Of a DNA stretch of 64,000 nt, positions 1 through 9,433 are shown in pieces. Position numbers and translations under genes: made by a program. The notes beneath the pieces were generated by a model. That model was not told the origin of the DNA and did no database searches. It worked only from the letters and a program-made list of their open reading frames with translations. Origin of the DNA: Rhodospirillales bacterium (lineage in GTDB: Bacteria; Pseudomonadota; Alphaproteobacteria; UBA828); the NCBI GenBank assembly GCA_028818855.1, contig JAPPMY010000192.1, positions 31,119 to 95,118 on the forward strand. Reading direction: 5' to 3'. Numbering within the stretch: position 1 is the first letter of the stretch; each line of letters opens with the position of its first letter.

Positions 1-145
1 CCTCGGTGGTCATCACGAAGGCGGGCGGCACCGGGAGGCCCGCGTGGCGCATGACGGCGATGCCCCGGGCCTTGCTGCCGACCAGCGCGCGGTCCGGCAG
101 CGCGGCGCCGTCGAGGGGCAGGACCCAACGGCCGATGGTCCCCAC
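1..145 (-). CDS. PEP/pyruvate-binding (PPDK N-terminal, ATP-grasp type) kinase domain protein. Only the 5' part is present; the gene runs off the window.
   Basis: My own minus-strand translation from GTG at 143-145 gives VGTIGRWVLPLDGAALPDRALVGSKARGIAVMRHAGLPVPPAFVMTTE. This matches the conserved N-terminus of PEP synthase/PPDK ATP-binding domains (vGgKa..l..m...GlPVPpgFviTt). It starts 2 nt after the stop of the upstream ORF (148-150), so it is the same operon. Confidence 0.6.
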   Translation of the reverse strand, partial: MGTIGRWVLPLDGAALPDRALVGSKARGIAVMRHAGLPVPPAFVMTTE

Positions 146-147
146 GG

Positions 148-750
148 CTAGTCCTGACGCGTGCGGCCGAGGATGCGCAGCAGGTCTTCGTGAAGCTCGA
201 ACCATACCGTGTGGTAGGAGTCGATCCGCGCGCCGCTGACCCACTCGATGGCGCCATCCTCCGCCTTCTCCAGCGCGGCCTCGAGCTTTTGCGTGTAGAT
301 CGCGAGGCGCGGCAGCCCGGCCGCGAGCGCGCCCAAGACCGCCTCCGCCCGCTCGTGCAGGGCGCCGAGGCGGTCGATCAGGCGATCGTCGTAGTCCTTG
401 TTGGCGTGGTCGTTGAGCACGCTCTCGCCATCGATCTCGATGGTCTGCCACGCGGTCATCAGGGCCTTGAGGTCCCGGTTGATCGTCTCGAAGCGCTCGT
501 GGGCGGCGGCGAAGGCCGCGTCCGCCCGCTGCGCGGCGAACAGCCTGGAATAGGCGCCGTCGAGGGCCACGCGGGCGAGCGGCTGCAGGGTGTAGCCATC
601 GCCGGCGCGCGCCACGCGGCCCGTCCCGACCGCCTCGTCGAGCGCCGCCCGCACGGCGGCAGCGTCGAGCCCGAGCGCGGCGGCGACCGCGACGGCGTCC
701 GCGTGCCTCTTGATCGCGAGGCCGTGGAGGACGAGATAGGCGTCTGCCAT
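148..750 (-). CDS. hypothetical protein (200 aa) in the PEP-utilising operon
   Basis: ORF track 148..750. ATG start and typical high-GC codon usage. Tightly packed between the ligase gene (stop 754) and the PPDK_N gene. I recognise no family motif. Confidence 0.6.
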   Translation of the reverse strand: MADAYLVLHGLAIKRHADAVAVAAALGLDAAAVRAALDEAVGTGRVARAGDGYTLQPLARVALDGAYSRLFAAQRADAAFAAAHERFETINRDLKALMTAWQTIEIDGESVLNDHANKDYDDRLIDRLGALHERAEAVLGALAAGLPRLAIYTQKLEAALEKAEDGAIEWVSGARIDSYHTVWFELHEDLLRILGRTRQD

Positions 751-753
751 CGC

Positions 754-2244
754 TCAGGCGCTCTTCCGCTCGCCGGCCGCTACGGATGCGAGAACACGGT
801 CGCGCACCGCGCGCCTCAGGAGCTTGCCCGCCGCGCTCTTGGGCAGCGCGTCCCAGACCTCGACGCCCTTCGGGCACTTGTAGCCCGCGAGCCTCTCGCG
901 GCAGAAGAGCCGCACGGCCTCCGGGTCGAGGCCGGGCCGGCCGGTGACCACGGCGTGGACGCGATCGCCCCACTTCTCGTCCGGCAAGCCCACGACCGCG
1001 GCCTCGACGACGCCCTCGTGCGCCAGCAGCACGTCCTCGATCTCGCGTGGATAGACGTTGTAGCCGCCGCTGATGAGCATGTCGTTCTTGCGGTCGAGAA
1101 TGTAATAGAAGCCGTCCTCGTCCATGCGGCCGATGTCGCCGGTATGGAGCCAGCCGTTGCGGAAGGCCCTGGCCGTCTCCTCCGGCCGGTTCCAGTAGCG
1201 CGCCATGAGCTGCGTTCCGCGGCAGACGATCTCGCCCCGCTCGCCGGCGGGCACGGGCCGGTCGTCCGCGTCCCAGATCGCCACGTCCACGGTGGTGTAG
1301 GGCCGCCCGCACGAGCCCGTCCGGTCGTGGTCCTCCGGCGCCAGAAAGGTGATGACCATGGGCGATTCCGCCTGCCCGTACGTCTGGGCGAAGACCGGCC
1401 CGAAGCGGGCCATGGCGCGCTCCAGCAGGCTGGGCGCGATGGGCGAGGCGCCGTAGCAGATGCGCTTGAAGCGGAGGTCCGCGCTCTCCAGCGCGGGCTC
1501 CTCCATGATCATCGCCAGCATGGTTGGCACCAGGAACGTGTGGGTCGCGCGCCCCTCTGCGGCCATCTCGACGAAGCCGGCGGCGTCGAAGTGCGGCATG
1601 ATGAGCTGTTGCGCGCCCCGCACCAACGCGGGCAGGAAGAAGGCGCCCGACGCGTGCGCGATGGGCGCTGCGTGGAGGAAGCGGTCGCCCGGCGCGAGGT
1701 CGGGCACCAGGTCCATGAGGAAGGCCGAGAGTTCCGCGGTCTCGCCCAGCGTGGTGAGCGTGACCGCCTTGGGCGCGCCGGTGGTCCCGCCGGTGAAGCC
1801 GAGGCGATAGGGCGCCTCGATTTCACGGTCCACGCGACACGCGCCGCTCGGCCCGCCTTCGATGAGTCGGCGGAGCGCGTCGGTGCCGTAGACCATCGGC
1901 GCGCCGAAGCCATCGGCACCGCCGACGTCGTCGTGGATGAGGCCGCGCGCGCCGCTGTCGCCGAGCTTGTAGCGGTGGTCCTCCGCCCTCTCGCGCACGT
2001 TGAGCGAGACCCGCACGAGGCCCGACTTGGCGAGCGCGTAGTAGGCGATCAGGCAGTCGATCCCGTTGGGCAGCAGCACGCCCACGCGATCGCCCGGCTC
2101 GAAGCCTTCGGCCAGCAGCGCGTTGCCGAGCCGGTCCGTCGCCGCGTCGAAGGCGCGGAAGCTCAGCGTGGTGGCGCCTTCGGTGAGCGCCGGTGCGTCG
2201 CCGTGCATGGCGCCCGCCCGCCGGATGTATTCGCCGATCTGCAT
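754..2244 (-). CDS. AMP-dependent synthetase/ligase (acyl-CoA synthetase family), 496 aa
   Basis: C-terminal 496 aa of ORF 754..3534, starting at MQIGEYIRRAG (start placed by residue count). AMP-binding motifs: GFTGGTTGAPKAV, YGQAES, TGDIGRMDEDGFYYILDRKNDMLISGGYNVYPREIE and a C-terminal PKSAAGKLLRR. Confidence 0.9.
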   Translation of the reverse strand: MQIGEYIRRAGAMHGDAPALTEGATTLSFRAFDAATDRLGNALLAEGFEPGDRVGVLLPNGIDCLIAYYALAKSGLVRVSLNVRERAEDHRYKLGDSGARGLIHDDVGGADGFGAPMVYGTDALRRLIEGGPSGACRVDREIEAPYRLGFTGGTTGAPKAVTLTTLGETAELSAFLMDLVPDLAPGDRFLHAAPIAHASGAFFLPALVRGAQQLIMPHFDAAGFVEMAAEGRATHTFLVPTMLAMIMEEPALESADLRFKRICYGASPIAPSLLERAMARFGPVFAQTYGQAESPMVITFLAPEDHDRTGSCGRPYTTVDVAIWDADDRPVPAGERGEIVCRGTQLMARYWNRPEETARAFRNGWLHTGDIGRMDEDGFYYILDRKNDMLISGGYNVYPREIEDVLLAHEGVVEAAVVGLPDEKWGDRVHAVVTGRPGLDPEAVRLFCRERLAGYKCPKGVEVWDALPKSAAGKLLRRAVRDRVLASVAAGERKSA

Positions 2245-2285
2245 GGAGCCTCGTCGCCCGGACGCGTGGTGGAGGGCGCGCGCCC

Positions 2286-3842
2286 CTAGTCGCGGGGGAG
2301 CGCCGCCAGCTCCTCTGCGCCGAGCGCGGCCCCGCCGCCCTGGATCTTGCGCGCGCGCTCCTGCTCCAGCCGGTACATCTCCTCGGCGCGCGGCGTGTCG
2401 TGGTTGTACTTGAACCAGGTCTCGTCCAGGAACCGGTAGCGGTCGGACCGGGGCGTGAAGGCGCGGACCCGCGCGTTGTACTCCTCCAGCGTCAGCACGC
2501 CCTGGCTGGTGCGGTAGCGGTCGGCCTTGGCGGGCAGCGTGGTGCCGCCGGGGTAGACCGGGCCGCAGGTCGGCACGTAGTCCTCGCCGTCCAGGATCGC
2601 GTAGGGGATCGGCGTGTACATGCGCGTCGGGCCGTTGCCGTGCTGCATCATGCTGTAGGACGAGAGGCGATGGCTCGGCAGCGTCAGCAGCCCCACCAGC
2701 TCGCCCAGGCAGTCGCGGCTGAACTCGTCGTTGAGCAGCGGGCGGAAGCGCTCGGCCCGCTCGTCGATCAGCATCCAGTCCTCGTGGGCGTAGACGCCGG
2801 CGACATGGGCGAGATCCTTGCAGATGCCGAAGTAGGTGAGCGCGCCGGCATCGAGCATCTGGTCGCGGCTCCAGCCGGCGATGCGCTTCCAGAGCCGCGC
2901 CGTCGCCTCCTTGAAGAGCCCGCCCAGCATGCGGAACGTCTCGGTCAGGGTCTCGCGGCTCTCCATCCCCACAGGCACGTGCCCGTCGGTGAGCGGGTCG
3001 GAGGCGTAGAGGCCGACGCCGACAATGCTGTCCGCCCGGAATTCGGGCTCGGACTCGAAGCTCCCCCAGTCGTCCACCAGGTAGAAGTGGCAGTCCTTCA
3101 CCAGCATGGGCACGGTGAGGTTGTTGTAGGGGATGTCCGCCGCCACGTCGTCGAGCCAGGGGAAGTCGCCTTCGCCGAGGTCCATGAATTCGCGGACGAT
3201 CATCTCGACGCCGTCGGCGACCTTGTAGGGGCCGGTGTTGAGCAGGCTGATGCGACTCTCGCAGCTGACCAGGAAGCCGTACTGCGCCGCCGACGCCATG
3301 AACTGGGTCGCGGCGCTGTGGAGCGCATCGCCGGCGGTGCAGCCGTAGGCGTCGGATTCGAAGACCTGGAGCCGGCGCTCGGGCAGGATCTGGCAGCGGT
3401 GGCCGAACTCCTTGTTGGTGATGTGGCCGTCGTTGCGATGCCAGGAGAGCTGCAGGCGCTTCCAGAAGTCCATCAGGTAGACGACGTCCTCGGCGGCGTC
3501 CTGCGGGCGCAGCAGGCCCATGTTGATGAGCCACTCGCGGCCGAGCAGGTAGAAGCCCGGCATCCCCCAGCCCATGGCGCTCTTGCCGGGCGGGCGCCCC
3601 TCGCGCGCGCGGTCGCCGATTTCCTCGGCCGTCATCACGCTCTCGACCTTCCGCAGCAGCGAGGGATAGCGATAGAACGCGTTGAGGTAGGAGAGCAGCA
3701 TGTAGGGGGGCACGGGAAACAGCTTGGATTCCTGCACCGTCCGCGTGACGCAGAGCCAGTAGGTCTCGTCCGTGAAGGTCTGCAGGAGGTTGTTGGTCTC
3801 CAGCAGCTGGGCGTAGGAAAGCCGGGGCGCGCCGACCATCAC
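2286..3842 (-). CDS. conserved hypothetical protein (518 aa), translationally coupled to the swivel-domain protein
   Basis: ORF track 2286..3842. GTG-ATG start overlaps the stop of the upstream gene at 3839-3841. Long, protein-like sequence with no motif I can name. Confidence 0.7.
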   Translation of the reverse strand: MMVGAPRLSYAQLLETNNLLQTFTDETYWLCVTRTVQESKLFPVPPYMLLSYLNAFYRYPSLLRKVESVMTAEEIGDRAREGRPPGKSAMGWGMPGFYLLGREWLINMGLLRPQDAAEDVVYLMDFWKRLQLSWHRNDGHITNKEFGHRCQILPERRLQVFESDAYGCTAGDALHSAATQFMASAAQYGFLVSCESRISLLNTGPYKVADGVEMIVREFMDLGEGDFPWLDDVAADIPYNNLTVPMLVKDCHFYLVDDWGSFESEPEFRADSIVGVGLYASDPLTDGHVPVGMESRETLTETFRMLGGLFKEATARLWKRIAGWSRDQMLDAGALTYFGICKDLAHVAGVYAHEDWMLIDERAERFRPLLNDEFSRDCLGELVGLLTLPSHRLSSYSMMQHGNGPTRMYTPIPYAILDGEDYVPTCGPVYPGGTTLPAKADRYRTSQGVLTLEEYNARVRAFTPRSDRYRFLDETWFKYNHDTPRAEEMYRLEQERARKIQGGGAALGAEELAALPRD

Positions 3843-4591
3843 GGGGCCTCCCGGACCAGCTTCCAGATGTCGGCGGTCATTTCCTCGCCCTTCTGGTAGG
3901 CCTCCGCCGTCTTGGCCGGGGCGGCCGTCTCCATCTCCAGCCGCTGGCCTTCCTTGATCCCGGTGATCCGGGCGTTCATGAAGCAGGGGATGCCGTATTC
4001 CCGCGCCAGGATGCCGAGGTGCGAGCGCACCGTGCCGCCCATGCAGATGATGCCGGTGAACCGCTCGAGGATCGGCGCAGTCAGCGTGCCGCCGGAATCG
4101 TCGATGATGGCGATGGTCTCGGGCGGCACGCCGTCGCCGAGGTAGTGCATGACCTGGCTGCTGGAGCGGACATAGCGCGCCGTCCCCACGGTGTTTCCGC
4201 TAACGCGCATCACGTTGTCGCCGACGCCGCAGAGCGCGCGGCCTTCGGCATCCGGCGCAGCAGAGGGCGCGTCCGGGTGCTCCATGGTCCAGTCGGGGTC
4301 GTCGCCCAGGATGCCCTCGGCGGGCTTGTAGGCCTCGGGCCGCTCGTTCACCGAGATCACGGCGGAGAAGTCGTAGCGGTGGCCGGCGTCGAGCAGCTTC
4401 TTCTCGATCTCCTCGAAATCGGCTGCGGCGATCAGGTCGTAGGACTTGTCGAAGACGAAGCTGTTCCAGTCCACGCCGCTCTCGTCGAGGCGGCGGCGGA
4501 CGAGATCCTTGATCGCGCTGTGGAACGCCTCGACGGTCGGCGAGTTGGCCTGATCGCCGTACTTGTCCGAGTCCACGTATAGCTTGGCCAC
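3839..4591 (-). CDS. PEP-utilising enzyme mobile (phosphohistidine swivel) domain protein, 250 aa
   Basis: C-terminal GGTLTAPILERFTGIICMGGTVRSHLGILAREYGIPCF matches the PEP-utilizers swivel domain, including the phospho-carrier His. GTG start. First gene of the minus-strand operon. Confidence 0.8.
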   Translation of the reverse strand: MAKLYVDSDKYGDQANSPTVEAFHSAIKDLVRRRLDESGVDWNSFVFDKSYDLIAAADFEEIEKKLLDAGHRYDFSAVISVNERPEAYKPAEGILGDDPDWTMEHPDAPSAAPDAEGRALCGVGDNVMRVSGNTVGTARYVRSSSQVMHYLGDGVPPETIAIIDDSGGTLTAPILERFTGIICMGGTVRSHLGILAREYGIPCFMNARITGIKEGQRLEMETAAPAKTAEAYQKGEEMTADIWKLVREAP

Positions 4592-4779
4592 GCTCTCCCC
4601 CGGGGCAGGCTCGCCGCAACGGAGGCGCCAACATGCGGATCGGCCTTTGGGCTGTCAATGCCGGCCCGCCGCAGCGTCCGCCCGCGAGACACACGGCAGT
4701 CCGGAAGCGTCCTTGCGCTCGGCCGGCAGGGCGATGGAGACTGCCGCCCCCGCCTCGCGCGCCCGAAAGGACCCCCGCC

Positions 4780-5568
4780 ATGCCAGCGGAGAGCGATCTC
4801 TCCCACCACCGCATTCTGGTGACCAACGACGACGGCATCCACGCCCGGGGCCTGAGAATCCTCGAGGCGATCGCGCGGGAGATGACGGACGACGTCTGGG
4901 TCGTCGCCCCGGATCACGAAAGGAGCGGCGCCGGCCATTCCATCTCGATGAACGTGCCGATCCGCCTGCGCCAGCTCGGAGACCGGCGCTACGCGGTGGT
5001 CGGCACGCCCACCGACTGCGTGCTCATGGCGATCTACGAGCTGATGCCGGACGACCGGCCCACGGTCCTGCTCTCGGGCATCAATCGCGGCGCCAACATG
5101 GCGGAGGACATGACCTACTCGGGCACCGTCGCGGCGGCGATGGAGGGTACCCTGCTCGGCATTCGCTCGATCGCGCTCAGCCAGGTGTTTGCGATGGGGG
5201 GCGAGGCGCTCTGGGCAACCGCGGAGACCCACGCGCCCGGCGTGATCGGGAAGCTCATGCGCCTGCCGGAGTGGCCTGCCGGCACGCTCGTCAACGTCAA
5301 CTTCCCGGACGCGCCGCCGGAGGCCGTGCGCGGCGTCCTCATCACGAGCCAGGGGCAGAGGCCGCCGGGCTCCTTCACGATCGACCCGCGGATCGATACG
5401 CGCCACGTGCCCTACTTCTGGGTGGAGATCAGCTACAAGGACGGCGAGAAGCACCGCGGGACCGATCTGCACGCGATCCACGAGAACGCGATCTCGGTCT
5501 CGCCGATCCAGCTCGACATGACCAACCACGCATGGCGCGGCCCGTTGACGGAGGCGTTCGCCTCGTGA
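4780..5568 (+). CDS. surE: 5'/3'-nucleotidase SurE
   Basis: Internal ATG (residue 50 of ORF 4633..5568) preceded by GAAAGGA. The N-terminus ILVTNDDGIHARGLRILEAIA followed by VVAPDHERSGAGHSIS is the SurE signature. Confidence 0.9.
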   Translation: MPAESDLSHHRILVTNDDGIHARGLRILEAIAREMTDDVWVVAPDHERSGAGHSISMNVPIRLRQLGDRRYAVVGTPTDCVLMAIYELMPDDRPTVLLSGINRGANMAEDMTYSGTVAAAMEGTLLGIRSIALSQVFAMGGEALWATAETHAPGVIGKLMRLPEWPAGTLVNVNFPDAPPEAVRGVLITSQGQRPPGSFTIDPRIDTRHVPYFWVEISYKDGEKHRGTDLHAIHENAISVSPIQLDMTNHAWRGPLTEAFAS

Positions 5569-5707
5569 TTCCGGTCTCCCGCCGGACAGCGGAGACGGCT
5601 CGCGACCGGGGCTTCGTTTGACACCCCTCGGGGCGCTCACCATACTTCGCGGCAAAATCCGAGCATCTTTTCGTGGCGCCCGCGGCGCGGAACTGAGGGA
5701 GAGGGAG

Positions 5708-7087
5708 ATGACATCATCGTTTGGCGCAATTCGGGCAGGACTGCTGGGAGCAGTGCTCTGCGCAGGCCTCGTGGCCGGCCCGCAACTGGCAAAGGCGGAG
5801 GACACCTTCAAGTTCGGCGGCGTCTTCACGCTGTCGGGCCCGGCGTCGTTCCTCGGCCTCTTCGAGGAAGCGGCCGTCCGGCTCGCCGTCGAGCAGTTCA
5901 TGAAGGGCGACTGCATCGTCGAGGCGGTGCCGCCGCAGCCCTGCGAGGGCGGCGGGCTCAAGATCGGCGACAAGGTCATCCCCATCGAGTGGACGGCCTA
6001 TGACGACGTCTCCGAGGACAAGAAGTCCATCGACGCCGTGATCCGCCTGGTGGAGCAGGACGAGGTCCGGGCGGTCTGGGGCCCCCGGATGAACTCCGCG
6101 CTGCTCTCGGCCGCCTCGATCCTCGATCCGCAGGGCATCATCAGCATCTGCGCGATCTGCTCGAGCCCGGCGATGACCGTGGGCCGCAAGTATGGCCACG
6201 ACATCACCGACACCGGCGTGATCGAGAAGCACGGCATGGGCGAGTTCATCCACGAAACGCCCGAGAGGCTGGCGGAGCACGGCATCGACCCCGCCCTCTT
6301 CGACGGGCGCAAGAAGCTCGGCTTCATCGGCCGCAACGAGCTTTACACCGTGCACGGCTCCATCGGCTGGCAGGAAGCGGTGGAGAAGGGCGGCGGCCGG
6401 TACGAGTACCAGCACGACTGGGCGGTGCTCTATCCCTTCGGCACCACCGACTTCGCGCCCCACGTCGCCAAGCTCGCCGAGCAGGACCCCGACATCGTGC
6501 TCATGGACGCCTACATCTTCCCCGACATGCTGGCGATCATGAACGAGATGAAGAAGCAGGGCCTCAACTACGAGACCGGCGAGATCATCCTGCTCGGCAA
6601 CGACGTGCTGATGCTGCAGATCTTCGTCGACGTGGCCAAGGACCAGGGCATCAACATGTCGTCCGGCTACGTCTGGGGCTGGCAGGAGCACAACCCGGCG
6701 CAGGACGAGGCGACCCTCGCACGCGTCGAGAAGTACGTGCCCATCTACAACGCGAAGTACGGCGACACCGAGGTCGGGAACTCCAGCCCCTTCGATCGCG
6801 GCGCCTACGACGCCGCCATCTGGTTCCTCTACGGCGTGCAGGCCTCGGGCGACCACACCGACAACGACAAGATCGTGGAAGCCTGGCGCAACCTGAAGAT
6901 CAACGGCCTGCGCGGGCCGACGAACGAGTTCTTCACCCGGCCCGATACCGGCGAGAAGACCGGCCAGCTCTTCGCCACCGAGTACATCATCGGCGTGGCG
7001 GACGAGAAGGTCTGGTACACCGGCATCAGCTACCGGGACGAGCTCTTCTACGGGCCGTACGTCTACGGCGACAAGCTGCCGAAGTAG
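5708..7087 (+). CDS. ABC transporter substrate-binding protein, type-1 periplasmic binding fold (Leu/Ile/Val-binding family)
   Basis: Start at residue 31 of ORF 5618..7087, preceded by GGGAGAGGGAG. Signal peptide MTSSFGAIRAGLLGAVLCAGLVAGPQLAKA. FKFGGVFTLSGPASFLG is typical of Peripla_BP_6. It is followed by livHMGF-like genes. Confidence 0.8.
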   Translation: MTSSFGAIRAGLLGAVLCAGLVAGPQLAKAEDTFKFGGVFTLSGPASFLGLFEEAAVRLAVEQFMKGDCIVEAVPPQPCEGGGLKIGDKVIPIEWTAYDDVSEDKKSIDAVIRLVEQDEVRAVWGPRMNSALLSAASILDPQGIISICAICSSPAMTVGRKYGHDITDTGVIEKHGMGEFIHETPERLAEHGIDPALFDGRKKLGFIGRNELYTVHGSIGWQEAVEKGGGRYEYQHDWAVLYPFGTTDFAPHVAKLAEQDPDIVLMDAYIFPDMLAIMNEMKKQGLNYETGEIILLGNDVLMLQIFVDVAKDQGINMSSGYVWGWQEHNPAQDEATLARVEKYVPIYNAKYGDTEVGNSSPFDRGAYDAAIWFLYGVQASGDHTDNDKIVEAWRNLKINGLRGPTNEFFTRPDTGEKTGQLFATEYIIGVADEKVWYTGISYRDELFYGPYVYGDKLPK

Positions 7088-7333
7088 TCCTGCGCAAGGG
7101 ACCGGACGGGTCCGGATCCCGCAGGGTGTGAAGACGGTGGGGCGGCGCGAGCCTGATCGGGCGCGCGCCGCTCCATTGCTTCGCGCTCTCCCACCGTCGC
7201 CGCCTCTCAACGCGCGCCCCGCAGGGTGCCCGCGACGCCCTGCCGCCCTCCCGGCCGTTCGAGCGCCCGGAGCCAGAGCGCTGTTCGACCTGACGGGACC
7301 ACGACGGCCCGAAGGACTCCCACCTCCCCCTGT

Positions 7334-7411
7334 CCCCCTCCTCCCAGGAGGAGGGGGAACGAAGGCGGCGCCAGCCATTTCTCCCTCTCCTCCCCGCCGG
7401 GGAGGAGAGGG
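7334..7411. repeat. Two GC-rich perfect palindromes (REP-like hairpins) in the 430-bp gap between the binding-protein and permease genes
   Basis: 7334-7357 is CCCCCTCCTCC-CA-GGAGGAGGGGG. 7383-7411 is CCCTCTCCTCCCC-GCC-GGGGAGGAGAGGG. Both use the same TCCTCC/GGAGGA core. Confidence 0.5.
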
Positions 7412-7517
7412 CCGGGGTGAGGTGGGGGGTGCCGGGCCGCACCGCGTGCAAATTGAAGCACGTGCGGAGCCGGGCGTGACCACGTCCGGTCGGATGTTGC
7501 TCTAGGGCCGGCCCGCC

Positions 7518-8393
7518 GTGACCGCGTTCGCCCAGCAGCTCATCTACGGCGCCTCCTACGGCATGAACCTTGCCGTGGCGGCGGCGGGCCTCGCCCTCAT
7601 CTTCGGCGTTTACCGGGTCATCAACCTCGCCCACGGGCAGCTCATCATGCTGGGCGGCTTCGTGGCCTACGTGGTCGCGACCCAGCTCGGCACGCACTTC
7701 TTCGTCGGCTTCTTCGCGGCCATGATCGTCATGGGCCTGCTCAGCATCGTGCTGGAGAACGCCGTCTTCCGCTTCCTCCAGCGCCGCCCGCTGACCGACC
7801 AGCTTCTGGCCTCGCTCGGCCTCTACATGGTGCTGGGCACCACCGCGCTCCGCATCTGGGGCGACTTCGAGGCGCGGCCTATCGCCATGCCGGGCGAGGA
7901 CTGGGCGTTGACGGCAGGCGACATCCGCATCGACGGCGCCCGCCTGGTGACCATCGCGATCACGCTCATCCTCTTCGCGCTGCTCTACTTCGTCGTCTAC
8001 CGCACCCACCTGGGGCGGACCATGCGCGCGACCGCGCAGGGCGAGGAGACGGCGGCGCTGATGGGCATCAAGAAGCGCCGGGTGGCGGCAATCGTGTTCT
8101 TCCTCGGCGGCGCGCTCGGCGGCGCTGCCGGCGCCATGCTGGGCGCGCTCTTCAACGTGCGTCCGGACATGGGCTTCCAGCCGCTGCTCATGGCCCTCGT
8201 CATCATCATCTTCGGCGGCATGGGCAGCATCGCGGGCTCCATCGTCGCCGGCCTCATCCTCGGCATCCTCTACAACCTCACGGTCTTCTACGTCGGCTCC
8301 AAGCTGGGCGACCTCGTGCCCTTCCTCGTGCTCCTGGCGATCCTGATGATCCGCCCGCAAGGGCTCTTCGGCCTGCCGGACCGCAACGCATGA
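7518..8393 (+). CDS. livH: branched-chain amino acid ABC transporter permease (LivH-like)
   Basis: ORF track. Polytopic membrane protein of the BPD_transp_2 type (…IIIFGGMGSIAGSIVAGLILG…). Its stop overlaps the next gene's start (ATGA). Confidence 0.85.
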   Translation: MTAFAQQLIYGASYGMNLAVAAAGLALIFGVYRVINLAHGQLIMLGGFVAYVVATQLGTHFFVGFFAAMIVMGLLSIVLENAVFRFLQRRPLTDQLLASLGLYMVLGTTALRIWGDFEARPIAMPGEDWALTAGDIRIDGARLVTIAITLILFALLYFVVYRTHLGRTMRATAQGEETAALMGIKKRRVAAIVFFLGGALGGAAGAMLGALFNVRPDMGFQPLLMALVIIIFGGMGSIAGSIVAGLILGILYNLTVFYVGSKLGDLVPFLVLLAILMIRPQGLFGLPDRNA

Positions 8394-9427
8394 CGACCCT
8401 CCAGGGCATCCGCCTGTCGCTTGGGGGGCGCCGCACGCGGGCCGCGCTCGGCTGGCTCGTGCTGCTCGCCTTCCTCGGCATCCTCTGGGCGACGGTCGAC
8501 AACAACTATCACCTGCGCCTGCTGGTGGGCGCCGGCACGGCGATGATCGCGGTCATCCCCTTCGGGCTGCTCATGGGCCACATGGGCTACCTCGCAATGG
8601 GGCAGGGCGGATTCGTCGGCGTCGGCGCCTACGTGGTCGGCGTGCTCACGGTGCAGCAGTTCGAGTTCGACTTCTGGGCCGCGCTGCCCTGCGCCATCAT
8701 CATCACCAGCGCGCTCGCGTACCTGCTGAGCTATCCGCTGTTCCGGCTGCGCGGCTACCACTTCGCCATCGGCACGCTGGCCGTCGGCCAGCTCCTCTAC
8801 ATCATGTTCGACAGCTGGGAGTGGTTCACCGGCGGCCCGCACGGCACCGCCGGCATCCCCCGGCCGGCCTTCGGCGATTTCATCTTCATCACCAACGCAC
8901 GCTTCCTGATCGTGGTGCTCTTCTTCCTCGTGGTCGCGGCGTTCACCTCGTGGTGGCTCGCGCGCGGCCACGTGGGCCGGGCGCTCAGCGCGATCCGCCA
9001 GGACGAGGACCTCGCTGCTGCGCGCGGCCTCGACGTGTTCCGCTACAAGCAGCTCGTCTTCGTTGTCGCGGCCGGCTTCGCGGGGCTCTCCGGCGCGCTC
9101 TACGCGTCGATGCAGATCGCCATCGACCCCAGCTCGTTCACGATCTGGAGCTCCTTCCAGTACGTGATCTACGTCATCATCGGCGGCTCGGGCACCCTGA
9201 TGGGGCCCGCCATCGGCGTCGTCTTCCTGGTGATCCTCGATCAGCTCATCCAGGACTTCGGCAAGTGGAACCAGATCGTCCTCGGCGGGCTGATTGTGGT
9301 CACGGTCCTGTTCTTCCGGGGCGGGCTCTGGGGCGGCGTCAACCTGCTGTGGGGCTACGCCCTCGATGCCGTGGGCATCAGGCATCGGCTGGCGCAGGCG
9401 CTTGGCGCCGCGACCAAGGGGCATTAG
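8390..9427 (+). CDS. livM: branched-chain amino acid ABC transporter permease (LivM-like)
   Basis: ORF track. Hydrophobic 345-aa protein with a LivM-type segment HVGRALSAIRQDEDLAAARGLDV. Operon position between the LivH-like and LivG-like genes. Confidence 0.85.
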   Translation: MTTLQGIRLSLGGRRTRAALGWLVLLAFLGILWATVDNNYHLRLLVGAGTAMIAVIPFGLLMGHMGYLAMGQGGFVGVGAYVVGVLTVQQFEFDFWAALPCAIIITSALAYLLSYPLFRLRGYHFAIGTLAVGQLLYIMFDSWEWFTGGPHGTAGIPRPAFGDFIFITNARFLIVVLFFLVVAAFTSWWLARGHVGRALSAIRQDEDLAAARGLDVFRYKQLVFVVAAGFAGLSGALYASMQIAIDPSSFTIWSSFQYVIYVIIGGSGTLMGPAIGVVFLVILDQLIQDFGKWNQIVLGGLIVVTVLFFRGGLWGGVNLLWGYALDAVGIRHRLAQALGAATKGH

Positions 9428-9433
9428 CGGCCG

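Noticed and set aside
190-2289. Very long ORFs antisense to or overlapping the called genes. Examples: 190..2289 +, 2193..3899 +, 4432..5985 -, 5714..7483 -, 7026..8360 -, 8288..10180 -, 13334..15430 -, 17166..19049 -, 21851..24052 +, 24455..26224 -, 29840..32008 -, 37331..39559 -, 42799..45222 -, 46586..49450 -, 51882..54794 +, 59297..61408 -.
   Set aside because: Their translations are Arg/Ala/Gly/Pro/His-rich low-complexity strings with no motifs. They lie opposite ORFs with clear family signatures. Stop-codon depletion in high-GC DNA routinely produces such shadow ORFs.
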